From Candidatus Binatia bacterium (GTDB taxonomy: Bacteria > Desulfobacterota > Binatia > UBA9968 > JAJDTQ01): DNA of 64,000 bases. The notes under the pieces were generated by a model. That model had not been told where the DNA came from. It did no database searches and worked only from the letters and a program-made list of their open reading frames with translations. The stretch lies in NCBI GenBank assembly GCA_963666515.2, contig OY762897.2, positions 544,001-608,000 on the forward strand, read 5' to 3'. A program made the position numbers and the translations under genes. Positions 1 through 9,339 of this stretch are shown one piece after another. Within the stretch, counting starts at the first letter, position 1. Each line of letters opens with the position of its first letter.

Positions 1-438
1 GGGGTCGCCGATGGCCCGCACCAGCCCGCGTCGCAGGTCTTCCCGGCCGTTCACGAGGTCGATCACCCGGTCGTCAGCCGGGTCGTACATCATCGCGTTG
101 ATGGTGAAGTCGCGGCGCCGGACGTCCTCCTCCAGGGTGCCGTAGCGGACCTGGACCGGGCGGCGGCCGTCGCCGTAAGGGCCGTCGAAGCGGAAGGTCG
201 TGACCTCGAACGGATCGCCGTCCACCAGCACCACCACCGAGCCGAACTTCGATCCGACGGGGACCGTGTCGGGAAAGATGCGTTGAGTGTCTCGCGGCGT
301 GGCGTCGGTGGCGATGTCGTAGTCCTTGGGCGGCCTGCCCAGGAGCCGGTCGCGCACGCAGCCGCCGGCGAGGTAGGCCTCATGCCCGGCCTCGCGGAGA
401 CGTTTGACGATCTGGATGGCCTTTTCCTGTTGTGACAC
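1..438 (-). CDS. CCA tRNA nucleotidyltransferase / poly(A) polymerase family, N-terminal part (runs off the window)
   Basis: Read manually because it is absent from the ORF track. GTG at 438 gives MSQQEKAIQIVKRLREAGHEAYLAGGCVRDRLLGRPPKDYDIATDATP, the class II nucleotidyltransferase motif GGxVRD...DxD. Confidence 0.9.
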   Translation of the reverse strand, partial: MSQQEKAIQIVKRLREAGHEAYLAGGCVRDRLLGRPPKDYDIATDATPRDTQRIFPDTVPVGSKFGSVVVLVDGDPFEVTTFRFDGPYGDGRRPVQVRYGTLEEDVRRRDFTINAMMYDPADDRVIDLVNGREDLRRGLVRAIGDP

Positions 439-467
439 GGCACCGGTCCTGCGAGGCGGGCCAGGGA

Positions 468-535
468 GGGGCGACCGCGGGTCGCCCCTGCACATACCCA
501 GCGATGAACCCCGTAGGGGCGACCCGCGGTCGCCC
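468..535. repeat. Pair of oppositely oriented GTAG-family REP-like palindromes
   Basis: GTAG-GGGCGACC-CGC-GGTCGCCC at 513-535 (+), and a GCAG variant of the same hairpin on the - strand at 468-491. A third copy lies at 57312-57335. Confidence 0.75.
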
Positions 536-1854
536 TAGTTGCCGAGGCGCGCCTTCTCGAGGTCTCCGACCACCACGACGATGAGCTTCTCCGGTTGCAG
601 GTGGGTTCGGGCGGCCCGGAGAACGTCCTCCGCGGTGACCGCGCGGATCAGGTCGGGGTAACGATCGGCGTAGTCCAGCCCGAGCCCGAGATATTCGACC
701 TGTCCCAGGAAGTCGGCGACGTCGTCGTTGGTTTCGAGCCCCAGGGGGAAACTCCCGATGAGGTAGCTCTTGGCGTCCCGGAGTTCCTCTTCGGTGACGC
801 CGTCCCGCCGAATCCGCTCGATCTCGGCCCTGGCCACCGACATGGCCTCGCGGGCGCTCTCGTTGCGGGTCTGCATGGCCATCTGGAACCGTCCGGCGTT
901 CCGGCCCGCGACGAAGTAGCTGTAGACGGAGTAGGCGAGGCCCCGCTCGTTCCGGATGCTGTCTCCCAGGCGCGATGAGAGACTGCCGCCGCCGAGGATC
1001 TGGTTCATCACCCGGATGGCGTAGTGGTCGGGGTCCGTACGGAGCGGACCCTCATGACCCATGACGATGGTGGACTGGGCGAGGTTGCGGTCCACCTTGA
1101 CGGGCGCGCGCTTCGGGGGCCGCAGCGTCACCGCCGCGTCCGGCTTGCCGCCGGCCGGCTTCCAGGCCGCCAGAGCCTCGGTGAGTTTTTCGCGGATCTC
1201 CTCGTGGGTGATGTCGCCCACCGCCACCAGGATGGTCCGGTCGGGCCGGTAGTGGCGCCGGTGGAAGTCCACGACGCTGCTCCGGTCAAGTCCCTGGACC
1301 GTATCCTCCGACCCGTCCACCGGGCGTCCATAGAAGCTGTCGGGGTAGAGCGCCCCCCTGAACGCCTCCCGGGCCACCGCGTTGGGACGGTCCTGCCTGG
1401 CCCGGATCGAGGCTGCCAGGGACTGCTTCGTGCGGGACACCTCCTTCTCCGGGAACGACGCGGCCGTAAGCACCTCGCCCATGAGGGCCAGGCCGGTGTC
1501 CAGGTCCTTCTTCAGGATGTTCAGGTTCAGCGTGGCCAGCTCCCGGCCGCAGTCGGCCCAGAAGTGGGCGCCTATGCCCTCGACGAGGCCGCTGATGCCC
1601 ATGGCGTCCCGGCCGGGCGTGCCCCGGGTCAGCAGCCGCGAGGTGAGGTTGGCTAGGCCGTGCCGGCTGCCGGGATCGTAGCGGGAGCCGGCGCGGATCA
1701 GCAGCCGCACCGAGACGATGGGGAGCGCGGGCTGCTCCGAGGTCACCAGCACCATCCCGTTGGGCAGCGTCTCTCGTTGGGCGTTCATGGCGGCGGAGGC
1801 GGCGGCGCAGGGCCCCAGGAGCAGGCACAGCAACAGGGGCAGCCAGCGTCTCAT
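535..1854 (-). CDS. M16 (insulinase/pitrilysin) family protein, non-catalytic subunit, exported
   Basis: Signal-like N-terminus MRRWLPLLLCLLL, TLPNG motif and IRNERGLAYSV. HXXEH is replaced by NLTSR. ATGA overlap with the upstream M16 gene. Confidence 0.85.
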   Translation of the reverse strand: MRRWLPLLLCLLLGPCAAASAAMNAQRETLPNGMVLVTSEQPALPIVSVRLLIRAGSRYDPGSRHGLANLTSRLLTRGTPGRDAMGISGLVEGIGAHFWADCGRELATLNLNILKKDLDTGLALMGEVLTAASFPEKEVSRTKQSLAASIRARQDRPNAVAREAFRGALYPDSFYGRPVDGSEDTVQGLDRSSVVDFHRRHYRPDRTILVAVGDITHEEIREKLTEALAAWKPAGGKPDAAVTLRPPKRAPVKVDRNLAQSTIVMGHEGPLRTDPDHYAIRVMNQILGGGSLSSRLGDSIRNERGLAYSVYSYFVAGRNAGRFQMAMQTRNESAREAMSVARAEIERIRRDGVTEEELRDAKSYLIGSFPLGLETNDDVADFLGQVEYLGLGLDYADRYPDLIRAVTAEDVLRAARTHLQPEKLIVVVVGDLEKARLGN

Positions 1855-3185
1855 GAGCGTTTCCTCGCCTGTGGAACCAGTATTCCCACGGTGCGCCGGT
1901 CGCGGTCGAGGTACTGCCGCGCCACCCGCCGGACATCCTCCGCGGTCACGCCCTGGATACCCTGGAGATACTCGTTCATTCGGCGCCATCCTCCGGTGAT
2001 CTCATAGAACCCGATCCTCATGGCCTGTCCCCGGTTGGATTCCTGGGCGAAGATGAAGGCGGCCGCCACTTGGTTCTTGGCCTTGTCGAGTTCCGCCTGC
2101 GTGACCCCCTTGTCCCGTACCCCGGCGATGACCTCGTCGATGGCGGCCTCCACTTGGGCGATGTCCTTGTCCGGCATGGCCTGGGCGCCGATGCTGAAGG
2201 TGGTGGGATCGACGGAGACCCGGTGGTAGCCGGCCCAGGCCGAGCGGGCGATGCGCCGGTCGTAGACCAGGTCCCGGTAGAGCCGCGAGGTGCGCCCTCT
2301 CGACAGGATCATCTCCAGCACGTCCAGCGCGTAGCTGTCCTCGTGGCCCACGTTGGGCACGTGGTAGTTCATCACCAGCGAGGGGAGCTGGGCCTCCCGC
2401 TTGAGCAGCACCCGCCGCTCACCGCGCTGCGGCGGCTCGGTGAGTCCCACCTCGGGGGGCTCGGCTCCACGGGGGATCGCGCCGAAGGTTTCGCGGATCT
2501 TCTTCAGGATCTCTTCGCTGTCGAAGTCACCGGCCACCACGATGAAGGCGTTGTTGGGCGAGTAGTAGGTCCGGTAGAAAGCCTTCATGTCCTCCAGGGT
2601 CATCCGGCGAATGTCCTCGGGCCAGCCGATGATGGGGCGGCGGTACGGGTGCACGGCGTAGGTCACCGCGTTGGTGATCTCCGCCAGCGCCGCCCTGGGC
2701 CGGTCCACCCGCATGCGCCTTTCTTCCTGCACCACTTTCTTCTCGGGCCGGAAGTGCTTCTCCTCGAAGCGGGTGTTCACCATGCGGTCGGCTTCGAGGC
2801 CGATGGCGATGCCGATGGTCTCCCGGCTCATGGTGGCGTGGTAGACGGTGGCGTCGTGGGAGGTGAACGCGTTGGATCGGCCGCCGTGCTTGCGGATGAT
2901 GCGGGCGTATTCTTCGGGCGCCACCTTGTCGGTGCCCTTGAACAGCATGTGCTCCAGGAAGTGCGCCATGCCGGACTTGCCGTCCACCTCGTTCCGGGAG
3001 CCCACCCGGTACCACACCTGGAACGTGACCGCGGGGCTCCGGTGGGTCTCCAGCAGCAGCACCTTGAGGCCGTTGTCCAGCACCTCCTCCCGGACTTCCA
3101 CCATGCCCTTGGGGGCCGAGGCTCCGGCAACCGCGGGAAGCAGGGTGGCAAGAGCCAGACCGGCGAGTGTGTGTGTCCAGTCCAT
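1851..3185 (-). CDS. M16 family zinc peptidase, catalytic subunit
   Basis: HFLEHMLFKGT (HXXEH), VLDNGLKV, NAFTSHD and a signal-like N-terminus from ATG 3185. Confidence 0.9.
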   Translation of the reverse strand: MDWTHTLAGLALATLLPAVAGASAPKGMVEVREEVLDNGLKVLLLETHRSPAVTFQVWYRVGSRNEVDGKSGMAHFLEHMLFKGTDKVAPEEYARIIRKHGGRSNAFTSHDATVYHATMSRETIGIAIGLEADRMVNTRFEEKHFRPEKKVVQEERRMRVDRPRAALAEITNAVTYAVHPYRRPIIGWPEDIRRMTLEDMKAFYRTYYSPNNAFIVVAGDFDSEEILKKIRETFGAIPRGAEPPEVGLTEPPQRGERRVLLKREAQLPSLVMNYHVPNVGHEDSYALDVLEMILSRGRTSRLYRDLVYDRRIARSAWAGYHRVSVDPTTFSIGAQAMPDKDIAQVEAAIDEVIAGVRDKGVTQAELDKAKNQVAAAFIFAQESNRGQAMRIGFYEITGGWRRMNEYLQGIQGVTAEDVRRVARQYLDRDRRTVGILVPQARKRS

Positions 3186-3276
3186 GAGGTTGAAGATATC
3201 GGCCCGGAAGGGCTTGCGCAACAGGGTCCCCGGAAGGATCGTCCGCACCGTCCGCAACCGCTTTCGGCAGCCCAAC

Positions 3277-4317
3277 TCAGGGTTCCCTGGGCGCCGTCCG
3301 CCGGCGCGGTATGAGCGAGCCGAGGTCGTGGCGCCGCATCCTTTCGATGAACGTGGTGCGGTTCAGACCCAGCAGACCGGCGGCCGCGGTCTTGTTCCCG
3401 TGGGTGCGCTTCAGCGCTTGGGTCATCATGCCGCGCTGGAAGCGCTGGATGCACAGGTCGATGTCGATGCCCTCGCTCGGCAGCGTGAACTCGTTCAGCG
3501 GGGTGTCGCGAAGGCATGGCTTCATGGAGCCTGCCAGCTTCGACAGGTCGTCCAGGCAAATCTCGTCGTTATCGGTGAGCGTCACCAGACGCTCGATCAG
3601 GTTCTCCATCTCCCTGACGTTGCCGGGCCAGTCGTAGGTCTGCAGCCTTTCCATGGCCGCATCGTCGATGGTGCGCCGGCGGTCTCCGCTCATGGTTTCC
3701 AGGAAATGCGTGACCAGGGGCGGGATGTCTTCCCGGCGCGCCCTCAGCGGGGGCACTTCCAGGGAAAGGATGGCGAGACGGTAGTAGAGGTCTTCACGGA
3801 ACAGCCCCGCGGGTATCGCCTCGCGCAGGTCCCGGTTGGTGGCCGCAACGAAACGGGCATTGGTGCGCGTGGCGACATCGCTTCCCAACGGATTGAATTC
3901 GCGTTCCTGCAGCACCCGCAGCAGCTTGGCCTGGAGCCTGGGCGTCGTCTCGCCGATTTCATCCAGAAAGATGGTTCCATCCCTGGCGGTCATGAACCGT
4001 CCCTGGCGGGAGTGTTGCGCGCCGGTGAACGCTCCTCTGACGTGCCCGAACAACTCGTTCTCCAGCAGGTCCTCGGGTATCGCTCCACAGTTGACCGCAA
4101 CGAACGGCTGCTCTGCGCGTCTGCTTCGGTCGTGGAGGGTCCGCGCGATGAGTTCCTTGCCTGTGCCGCTCTCGCCGGTTATCAGGACGGTCGAATCGCT
4201 TTCGGCGATCCTGAGGGTGAGCGCGAAGACGTTCCGCATGGCCTTGCTCTTCCCGATCATGGAACCCAACGTTTCGCAACACGGGCCGCCCGGCGGACTA
4301 CTGTTCATATGACCCAT
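3277..4317 (-). CDS. sigma54-dependent enhancer-binding protein (AAA+ plus Fis HTH), no receiver domain
   Basis: Walker A GESGTGKE, GAFTGA loop, Walker B IFLDEIGE, FREDLYYRL, WPGNVRE and a C-terminal HTH (GNKTAAAGLLGLNRTT). Confidence 0.9.
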   Translation of the reverse strand: MGHMNSSPPGGPCCETLGSMIGKSKAMRNVFALTLRIAESDSTVLITGESGTGKELIARTLHDRSRRAEQPFVAVNCGAIPEDLLENELFGHVRGAFTGAQHSRQGRFMTARDGTIFLDEIGETTPRLQAKLLRVLQEREFNPLGSDVATRTNARFVAATNRDLREAIPAGLFREDLYYRLAILSLEVPPLRARREDIPPLVTHFLETMSGDRRRTIDDAAMERLQTYDWPGNVREMENLIERLVTLTDNDEICLDDLSKLAGSMKPCLRDTPLNEFTLPSEGIDIDLCIQRFQRGMMTQALKRTHGNKTAAAGLLGLNRTTFIERMRRHDLGSLIPRRRTAPREP

Positions 4318-4470
4318 TCGGTTACCTCCTTCGTCAATTCTTTATCGTTCAGGCTATAATCCTTTTGACGCAAGAGTAGGGCCATCGCCGTCTGGTCATG
4401 AAGTCGCGTGCAATTTTGACGCGGTATATGAATAAATTCCCAAGGGTGACGGACACCCCGCGCGCTGGCC

Positions 4471-4583
4471 GTCAGGGAAATGACCATCGGAGTTGGAGGA
4501 GCAGGCATCGTCGAGGACCAACGCGCCTTTTTCCGCCATGTTAGGAGCGTCGCTTCCATGACACGTCGTGTCAGCATTCTGGC
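4471..4583. promoter_or_regulatory. FleQ-box-like palindromes (GTCA-N6-TGAC)
   Basis: GTCAGGGAAATGAC at 4471-4484, GTCAGCATTCTGGC at 4570-4583, and palindrome TGACAC-GTC-GTGTCA at 4559-4573. Confidence 0.35.
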
Positions 4584-4665
4584 ATGTACGGTTCACGACC
4601 GGGCCGTTGCGGGAACAGCGTCTCAACTTGAAAATGGCCGGCGAAGGAAGTTAACTGAAAAGGTC

Positions 4666-5541
4666 GTGTCAGACGGTGAACCCAGGAACGACGGAGTCTC
4701 TGCCGGCGACGGCCGTTTTCCCCCCGCCCCCTTGACCCTTGAGGGCTGGAACGTCCTGCACCAGATGTTCCGCGTCCGCTGGCCGGAGTGGAACGCGCTG
4801 GGCTCGGGGCCGCGTCAGAGAGCCGTTGGCGAAGCGGTAGAGGCGCTGAAGGCGATGGAGCATACCGCCGGCGGCCGCACCGCCCTCACGTCACTGCTCG
4901 GCCACAAGGGCGACCTGATGCTCATCCATTTCCGCGACTCGTTCGACGCCCTGAACGAGGCCGAGCTGGCGCTGGCCCAGCTCAGGCTGGCGCCCTTCCT
5001 GGAGCAGACCACCTCCTACCTCTCGGTGGTCGAACTGGGGCTCTACAGCGCCTCGGGCCAGCTCTACGGCTCCCTGAACGAGAAGGGTATCGCCCCCGGC
5101 ACGCCCGAGTGGAAGGAGCAGGTGGAGACCTACCTGGCCCAGGCCCGGAAGACCATGGAAAGCCGCCTCAGGCCCGACATCCCCGCTCGACGCTACGTCT
5201 GCTTCTATCCCATGGACAAGAAGCGCGGCGAGGAGAAGAACTGGTACGAAGCGCCCTTCGCCGAGCGCCAGCGCATGATGGCGGACCACGGCTTCATCGG
5301 CCGCGGCTACGCCGGCCAGGTGACCCAGATCATCTCGGGCTCCATCGGCTTCGACGACTGGGAGTGGGGCGTGGACCTCTTCGCCGACGACCCCGTGGTG
5401 TTCAAGAAGCTGGTCTACGAGATGCGCTTCGACGAGGCCAGCGCCCTCTACGGCCTGTTCGGGCCCTTCTACATGGGGTTGCAGTTCCGGGCAGGGGAGT
5501 TGGGGGAGTTGCTGGAGGGGCGGACGCCGGGGTTCGAGTGA
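4666..5541 (+). CDS. hemQ: Coproheme decarboxylase (heme-dependent peroxidase, chlorite dismutase superfamily)
   Basis: PLTLEGW, GHKGDLM, CFYPMDKKR..NWY, HGFIGRGY, GFDDWEWGVDLFADDP and EMRFDEASALYG. The GTG 4666 start is inferred. Confidence 0.85.
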   Translation: MSDGEPRNDGVSAGDGRFPPAPLTLEGWNVLHQMFRVRWPEWNALGSGPRQRAVGEAVEALKAMEHTAGGRTALTSLLGHKGDLMLIHFRDSFDALNEAELALAQLRLAPFLEQTTSYLSVVELGLYSASGQLYGSLNEKGIAPGTPEWKEQVETYLAQARKTMESRLRPDIPARRYVCFYPMDKKRGEEKNWYEAPFAERQRMMADHGFIGRGYAGQVTQIISGSIGFDDWEWGVDLFADDPVVFKKLVYEMRFDEASALYGLFGPFYMGLQFRAGELGELLEGRTPGFE

Positions 5542-5568
5542 GGCGGGCGTTAGTCTCTGGCGGCGTTC

Positions 5569-5599
5569 TTGACAAAATAGACAGAATAGACGATAGATG
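5569..5599 (+). promoter_or_regulatory. Probable promoter/operator of the toxin-antitoxin operon
   Basis: TTGACA at 5569-5574, followed by direct repeats ATAGAC/ATAGAC/ATAGAT in an AT-rich patch just before ATG 5606. Confidence 0.45.
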
Positions 5600-5605
5600 T
5601 AAGCC

Positions 5606-6220
5606 ATGAGGCAAACGAGGGATCAGAATCTCCAGGAATTGGAAGGCGTCCTGCACGCTGCCACCGGCGACCTGAGCGCAGCCCATATTGCGGCGCTGGT
5701 GGAACACCCGGAGGCCGTTCGCTCTGCGTTGGCGGCGGCGGCGGAGGTGCTGTCATCGGAACGCGAGAGCACGCTTTTTCGCGAACAGTCGGATGTCGAA
5801 ACGATCTCCGGCGCAGAGCCAGAGCGGGTAAATGCTCGGGAATCGGACAGGCAGATGTCGAGTCGATCACGACTCGGGGGAACGGAGGAAGTGCTCACTT
5901 CAGACGAGTTGGCGGTACGGGTCGGGCTCAAGACCCGCCAGTCCGTCCACGACTGGCGGAGAAAGGGCAGGATCGTTGGCTGGCAGGGCGTTAAACGGGG
6001 TTACGTCTTCCCGGCGGGTCAGTTCGATCAACGCGGCAGGCCGTTGGATGGACTCGACCGGATCATTCCACATTTCAGCGACGGGTACTCGGCCTGGATC
6101 TGGTTGACCACGCCGCGTCCGTCCCTCAACGGGGCGAAACCGATCGCTCTCCTCGGTCAGGGAGAGCGTGACCGCGTGGCGGCTGCCGCCAAAGGAGATG
6201 CCCAAGGCGACTTTGCGTGA
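5606..6220 (+). CDS. Xre/MbcA/ParS-type antitoxin (HTH plus toxin-binding C-terminus)
   Basis: HTH-like LTSDELAVRVGLKTRQSVHDWRRKG, YVFPAGQF and C-terminal WIWLTTPRPSLNGAKPIALL. GTGA overlap with a RES gene. Confidence 0.7.
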   Translation: MRQTRDQNLQELEGVLHAATGDLSAAHIAALVEHPEAVRSALAAAAEVLSSERESTLFREQSDVETISGAEPERVNARESDRQMSSRSRLGGTEEVLTSDELAVRVGLKTRQSVHDWRRKGRIVGWQGVKRGYVFPAGQFDQRGRPLDGLDRIIPHFSDGYSAWIWLTTPRPSLNGAKPIALLGQGERDRVAAAAKGDAQGDFA

Positions 6221-6810
6221 CCACCAGATACGATCCCGATCTCATTCGCGGGTCCCTTCGCACGGTACGGCTTGGTCGGGTCTATCGCCTGATCCATCGC
6301 AGCCACCTCTCCCGTCCGCTCAACGCTGTCCCCACGCCGAGCCGGTTCAGCGATCCGGCAGGACAATATGCTGTTCTCTATGTGACCGAATCTGTTCGTT
6401 GTGGATTTTGGGAGGCCCTCGCGCGTAACCGTTTCACACGGCGCAGGCGTCGCCAGATGCCACGCTCGGATGTTGAATCCAGGCTGGTCGTAGAGATTCG
6501 CTCGACCGGGACTCTCGATTTTGTTGACTTACGAGGGGACGGGCCGATTCGCATTGGCGCTCCAACGGCGGTAGCTCACGATGCCAACCACACGGCGGGG
6601 CGTTCGCTGTCGGCTGCTACCTACGCGGAGGTTCCAGAGGCTGACGGTTTCCTGTACCAGTCGAGGTTCACGGGGCATGCCTGCGCAGTTGTATTCGACA
6701 GGGCGTTCGGCAAGCTGGAGGTGCTGAGGCTTTCTCCGCTCGTCGAACACGTAGACTTGCTGCAGGCGCTGAGCGACTACGACATAACGCTGACGACTCC
6801 TCCAGACTAG
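6217..6810 (+). CDS. RES-domain toxin (NAD+ phosphorylase-like)
   Basis: R (SRFSDP), VLY...E and S (DGFLYQSRF) motif residues. Translationally coupled to the antitoxin. Confidence 0.8.
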   Translation: MTTRYDPDLIRGSLRTVRLGRVYRLIHRSHLSRPLNAVPTPSRFSDPAGQYAVLYVTESVRCGFWEALARNRFTRRRRRQMPRSDVESRLVVEIRSTGTLDFVDLRGDGPIRIGAPTAVAHDANHTAGRSLSAATYAEVPEADGFLYQSRFTGHACAVVFDRAFGKLEVLRLSPLVEHVDLLQALSDYDITLTTPPD

Positions 6811-6883
6811 TATCGTATCCCGTAAATTCCTGCAGTCTCGTTCAACGGCCAAGGCAGAGGACAGCCTCTTCGCAGCTTACAGC

Positions 6884-7927
6884 TCAGAACTCGATGCCGA
6901 TCTCCCTTGAACTGGCCAAGTCGAAGATGCGGCTGGCGATGGCGATGTCGGCGACGCCCTGTCCGGCGTTGTTCTTGAACAGGGTGATCTGCTCCGGGGA
7001 AGTCCGGCCGGGGATGTCACCGGTCAGCAGGTCGCACAGGTCGCCGACCTGGTCCCACTGGAGAATACCCTTCTCAACGGGCTCGTAGAAGTCGCCCTGC
7101 TGATCCTGGATGGCCTGCTCGCGGGAGTTGGCGACGATGACGTCGGCGCGCTGGACGGTGTCGTCGTCGATCTCGCGGCGCCTTTGCTTGATGAGGCCGG
7201 CGTTCATGAGGCCGACGTTGCCGCCGACGATGGAGGTGACGTGCACGCCGGGCTCCAGCCAGGAGCCGTCGAACACCGGCACGTTGGAGTTGGTGGCGGT
7301 GAGGACCACGTCGGCGCCCTCCACTGCCTCACGGGCGCTGTCTACCGGGACCAACTCGCATGGCACCAGCGGCTGCATCTCTTCGCAGAAGGCCGCTCGG
7401 CTCTCGGGGGTGCGGCAGAAGAGCTTCACCTGCTTGAACGGGCGGACGGCGGCGAAGGCCAGCAGGTGGTACTGGGCTTCGGCGCCGGCGCCGAGGAGCC
7501 CCAGGACGTCGGCGTCCTCACGCGCCAGGTGGCGCGTGCCCACCGCGCTGGTGGCGGAGGTGCGCAGTTGGGTGGCGCGGGTGGCGGGCACGCCCTTGAC
7601 GCCGAACCGGCCCACCAGCACTCCCTTGAGGGAAGAGTCCCGGGTGTCGAACAGCACCACGCACGGGCGTCCCGCGTGGTCGTAGGTCTGGTTCTCCGTG
7701 GACGTGGCCACGAACTCGGAGTGGGCCAGCACGCCGATGCCGCCCAGGCTGGGCACCCCGCCCGGATGCACGCTGACCCGGGCTCCCTCCCGGGTCATGA
7801 CCCGGCGGCGCGGGGCGTTGAGTTCCGCGTTGCCGCCGAGTTCCCGGAACCCCGTTTCCACCGCGTCGATGGCCTCCTCCATGGTGATGATGTCGGCTGC
7901 GTCTTCCGCTCGAATCAGTAGCGCCAC
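6884..7927 (-). CDS. Ornithine cyclodeaminase / mu-crystallin family protein
   Basis: TQLRTSATSA, LGLLGAGAEA, ADVVLTATNS, PGVHVTSI and GRTSPEQITLFKN. GTG 7927 has an AAGGA RBS. Confidence 0.85.
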   Translation of the reverse strand: MALLIRAEDAADIITMEEAIDAVETGFRELGGNAELNAPRRRVMTREGARVSVHPGGVPSLGGIGVLAHSEFVATSTENQTYDHAGRPCVVLFDTRDSSLKGVLVGRFGVKGVPATRATQLRTSATSAVGTRHLAREDADVLGLLGAGAEAQYHLLAFAAVRPFKQVKLFCRTPESRAAFCEEMQPLVPCELVPVDSAREAVEGADVVLTATNSNVPVFDGSWLEPGVHVTSIVGGNVGLMNAGLIKQRRREIDDDTVQRADVIVANSREQAIQDQQGDFYEPVEKGILQWDQVGDLCDLLTGDIPGRTSPEQITLFKNNAGQGVADIAIASRIFDLASSREIGIEF

Positions 7928-7971
7928 TGGTTGCCGTCCTTTCGCTGATTGTTCCGCCCGAGCGTGCGTGG

Positions 7972-9207
7972 TCACCCGGACGAGGCGCCGGCTGCCGCGG
8001 CCGGGACCGCTCTGGAGATTGCCCGTTCGTCGATGGGCCAATGGATGATCGCGGCCGCCACGCCCAGGCCGACGGCGGTCCACCAGATCAGGTCATAGGA
8101 GCCGGTGTAGTCGAACAGCACGCCGCCCAGCCAGATGCCGATGAAGCTGCCGATCTGGTGGTCCAGGAACACGATGCCGTAGAGCATGGCCATGTAGCGG
8201 GTGCCGAACACCTGCGCCACGATGCCGCTGGTGAGGGGGATGGTGCTCAGGAACAGCAGGCCGATGAGCGACGAGAACGCCACGACCGTGAAATGGGTCA
8301 TGGGAAACAGGAAGAAGCCCGCCATGACCACCGCCCGCCCGAAGTAGATCAGGCTCAGCAGGTTCTTCTTGCTGTAGCGGTTGCCGAGCACGCCCGCGCC
8401 CAGGCAGCCGATGACGTTGAACAGGCCTATCAACGAGATGGCGGTGGCGCCCACGGCGGGAGACAGTCCGTTGTCCAGCAGCAGCGGGGGCAGGTGCTGG
8501 GCGATGAACAGGGTCTGGAAGCCGCAGACGAAGAACCCGGCGGTGAGCAGAAGGTATCCCTTGTGGCGCCGGGCCTCCGCCAGGGCCTGCCAGGGCGTCT
8601 GGTCCGCCTGCGCCGCGCCCGCCGCCGGCCGCTTCTCGGCCAGTGCCGCGGAAAGCGGGACGATGAGCCCGGCGGTGGCCGCCAGCAGCACCAGGGCGTC
8701 CACCCAGCCGTAGGTCGAGATGAGGATCTGACCGAAGGGCACCACCAGGGTCTGTCCCAAGGAGCCGCCGGCGCTGCCGATGCCGAGGTAGAGACCGCGC
8801 CGGTGGGGCGGCGCGGCGCGGCCGATGACCGCAAGGACCATGGAGAAGCTCGTGCCGCTCATGGCCACGCCGGTGAGGAACGCCGTGCTGAAGGTCATGC
8901 TCCACGGGTCCGTGGACACCGACATGAGGTAGAGGCCGACGACGTAGGACACCGCGCTCAGGGCCACCACCCGGCCGGAGCCGTAGCGGTCGGCCAACCC
9001 CCCCAGGAGGGGCTGCGCCAGCCCCCAGATGAGACTCTGAAGCGCCACGGCGAACGAGAAGACGCCGCGGGGCCAGTCCAGGGTTTCGCTGATGGGAGTG
9101 AGGAACAGGCCGTAGGTCTGGCGGATGCCGAAGGCCAGCATCATCACCAGGGTGCCGCAGATGAGAACCACGACGGGGGTGCGCCAGGAGCGTTGCATGG
9201 GTCTCAT
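7972..9207 (-). CDS. MFS transporter
   Basis: About 12 hydrophobic segments and motif A GGLADRYGSGRV. Confidence 0.9.
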   Translation of the reverse strand: MRPMQRSWRTPVVVLICGTLVMMLAFGIRQTYGLFLTPISETLDWPRGVFSFAVALQSLIWGLAQPLLGGLADRYGSGRVVALSAVSYVVGLYLMSVSTDPWSMTFSTAFLTGVAMSGTSFSMVLAVIGRAAPPHRRGLYLGIGSAGGSLGQTLVVPFGQILISTYGWVDALVLLAATAGLIVPLSAALAEKRPAAGAAQADQTPWQALAEARRHKGYLLLTAGFFVCGFQTLFIAQHLPPLLLDNGLSPAVGATAISLIGLFNVIGCLGAGVLGNRYSKKNLLSLIYFGRAVVMAGFFLFPMTHFTVVAFSSLIGLLFLSTIPLTSGIVAQVFGTRYMAMLYGIVFLDHQIGSFIGIWLGGVLFDYTGSYDLIWWTAVGLGVAAAIIHWPIDERAISRAVPAAAAGASSG

Positions 9208-9339
9208 GAGTCATAGAGGCAGGAGGGAAGGGAGTCAAGGCGCGGGCGGGCCGGGGATGACAAGGGTCCCCGCATGGTGCATATAGTGCTCGAAACGCTA
9301 CGGGCGGAAACGGCGGAACCAACCGCCGGAGGGTATGCG

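Noticed and set aside
90-443. 117-aa ORF in the ORF track
   Set aside because: Wrong frame. The real gene is the CCA-adding enzyme reading from GTG 438 off the window edge.
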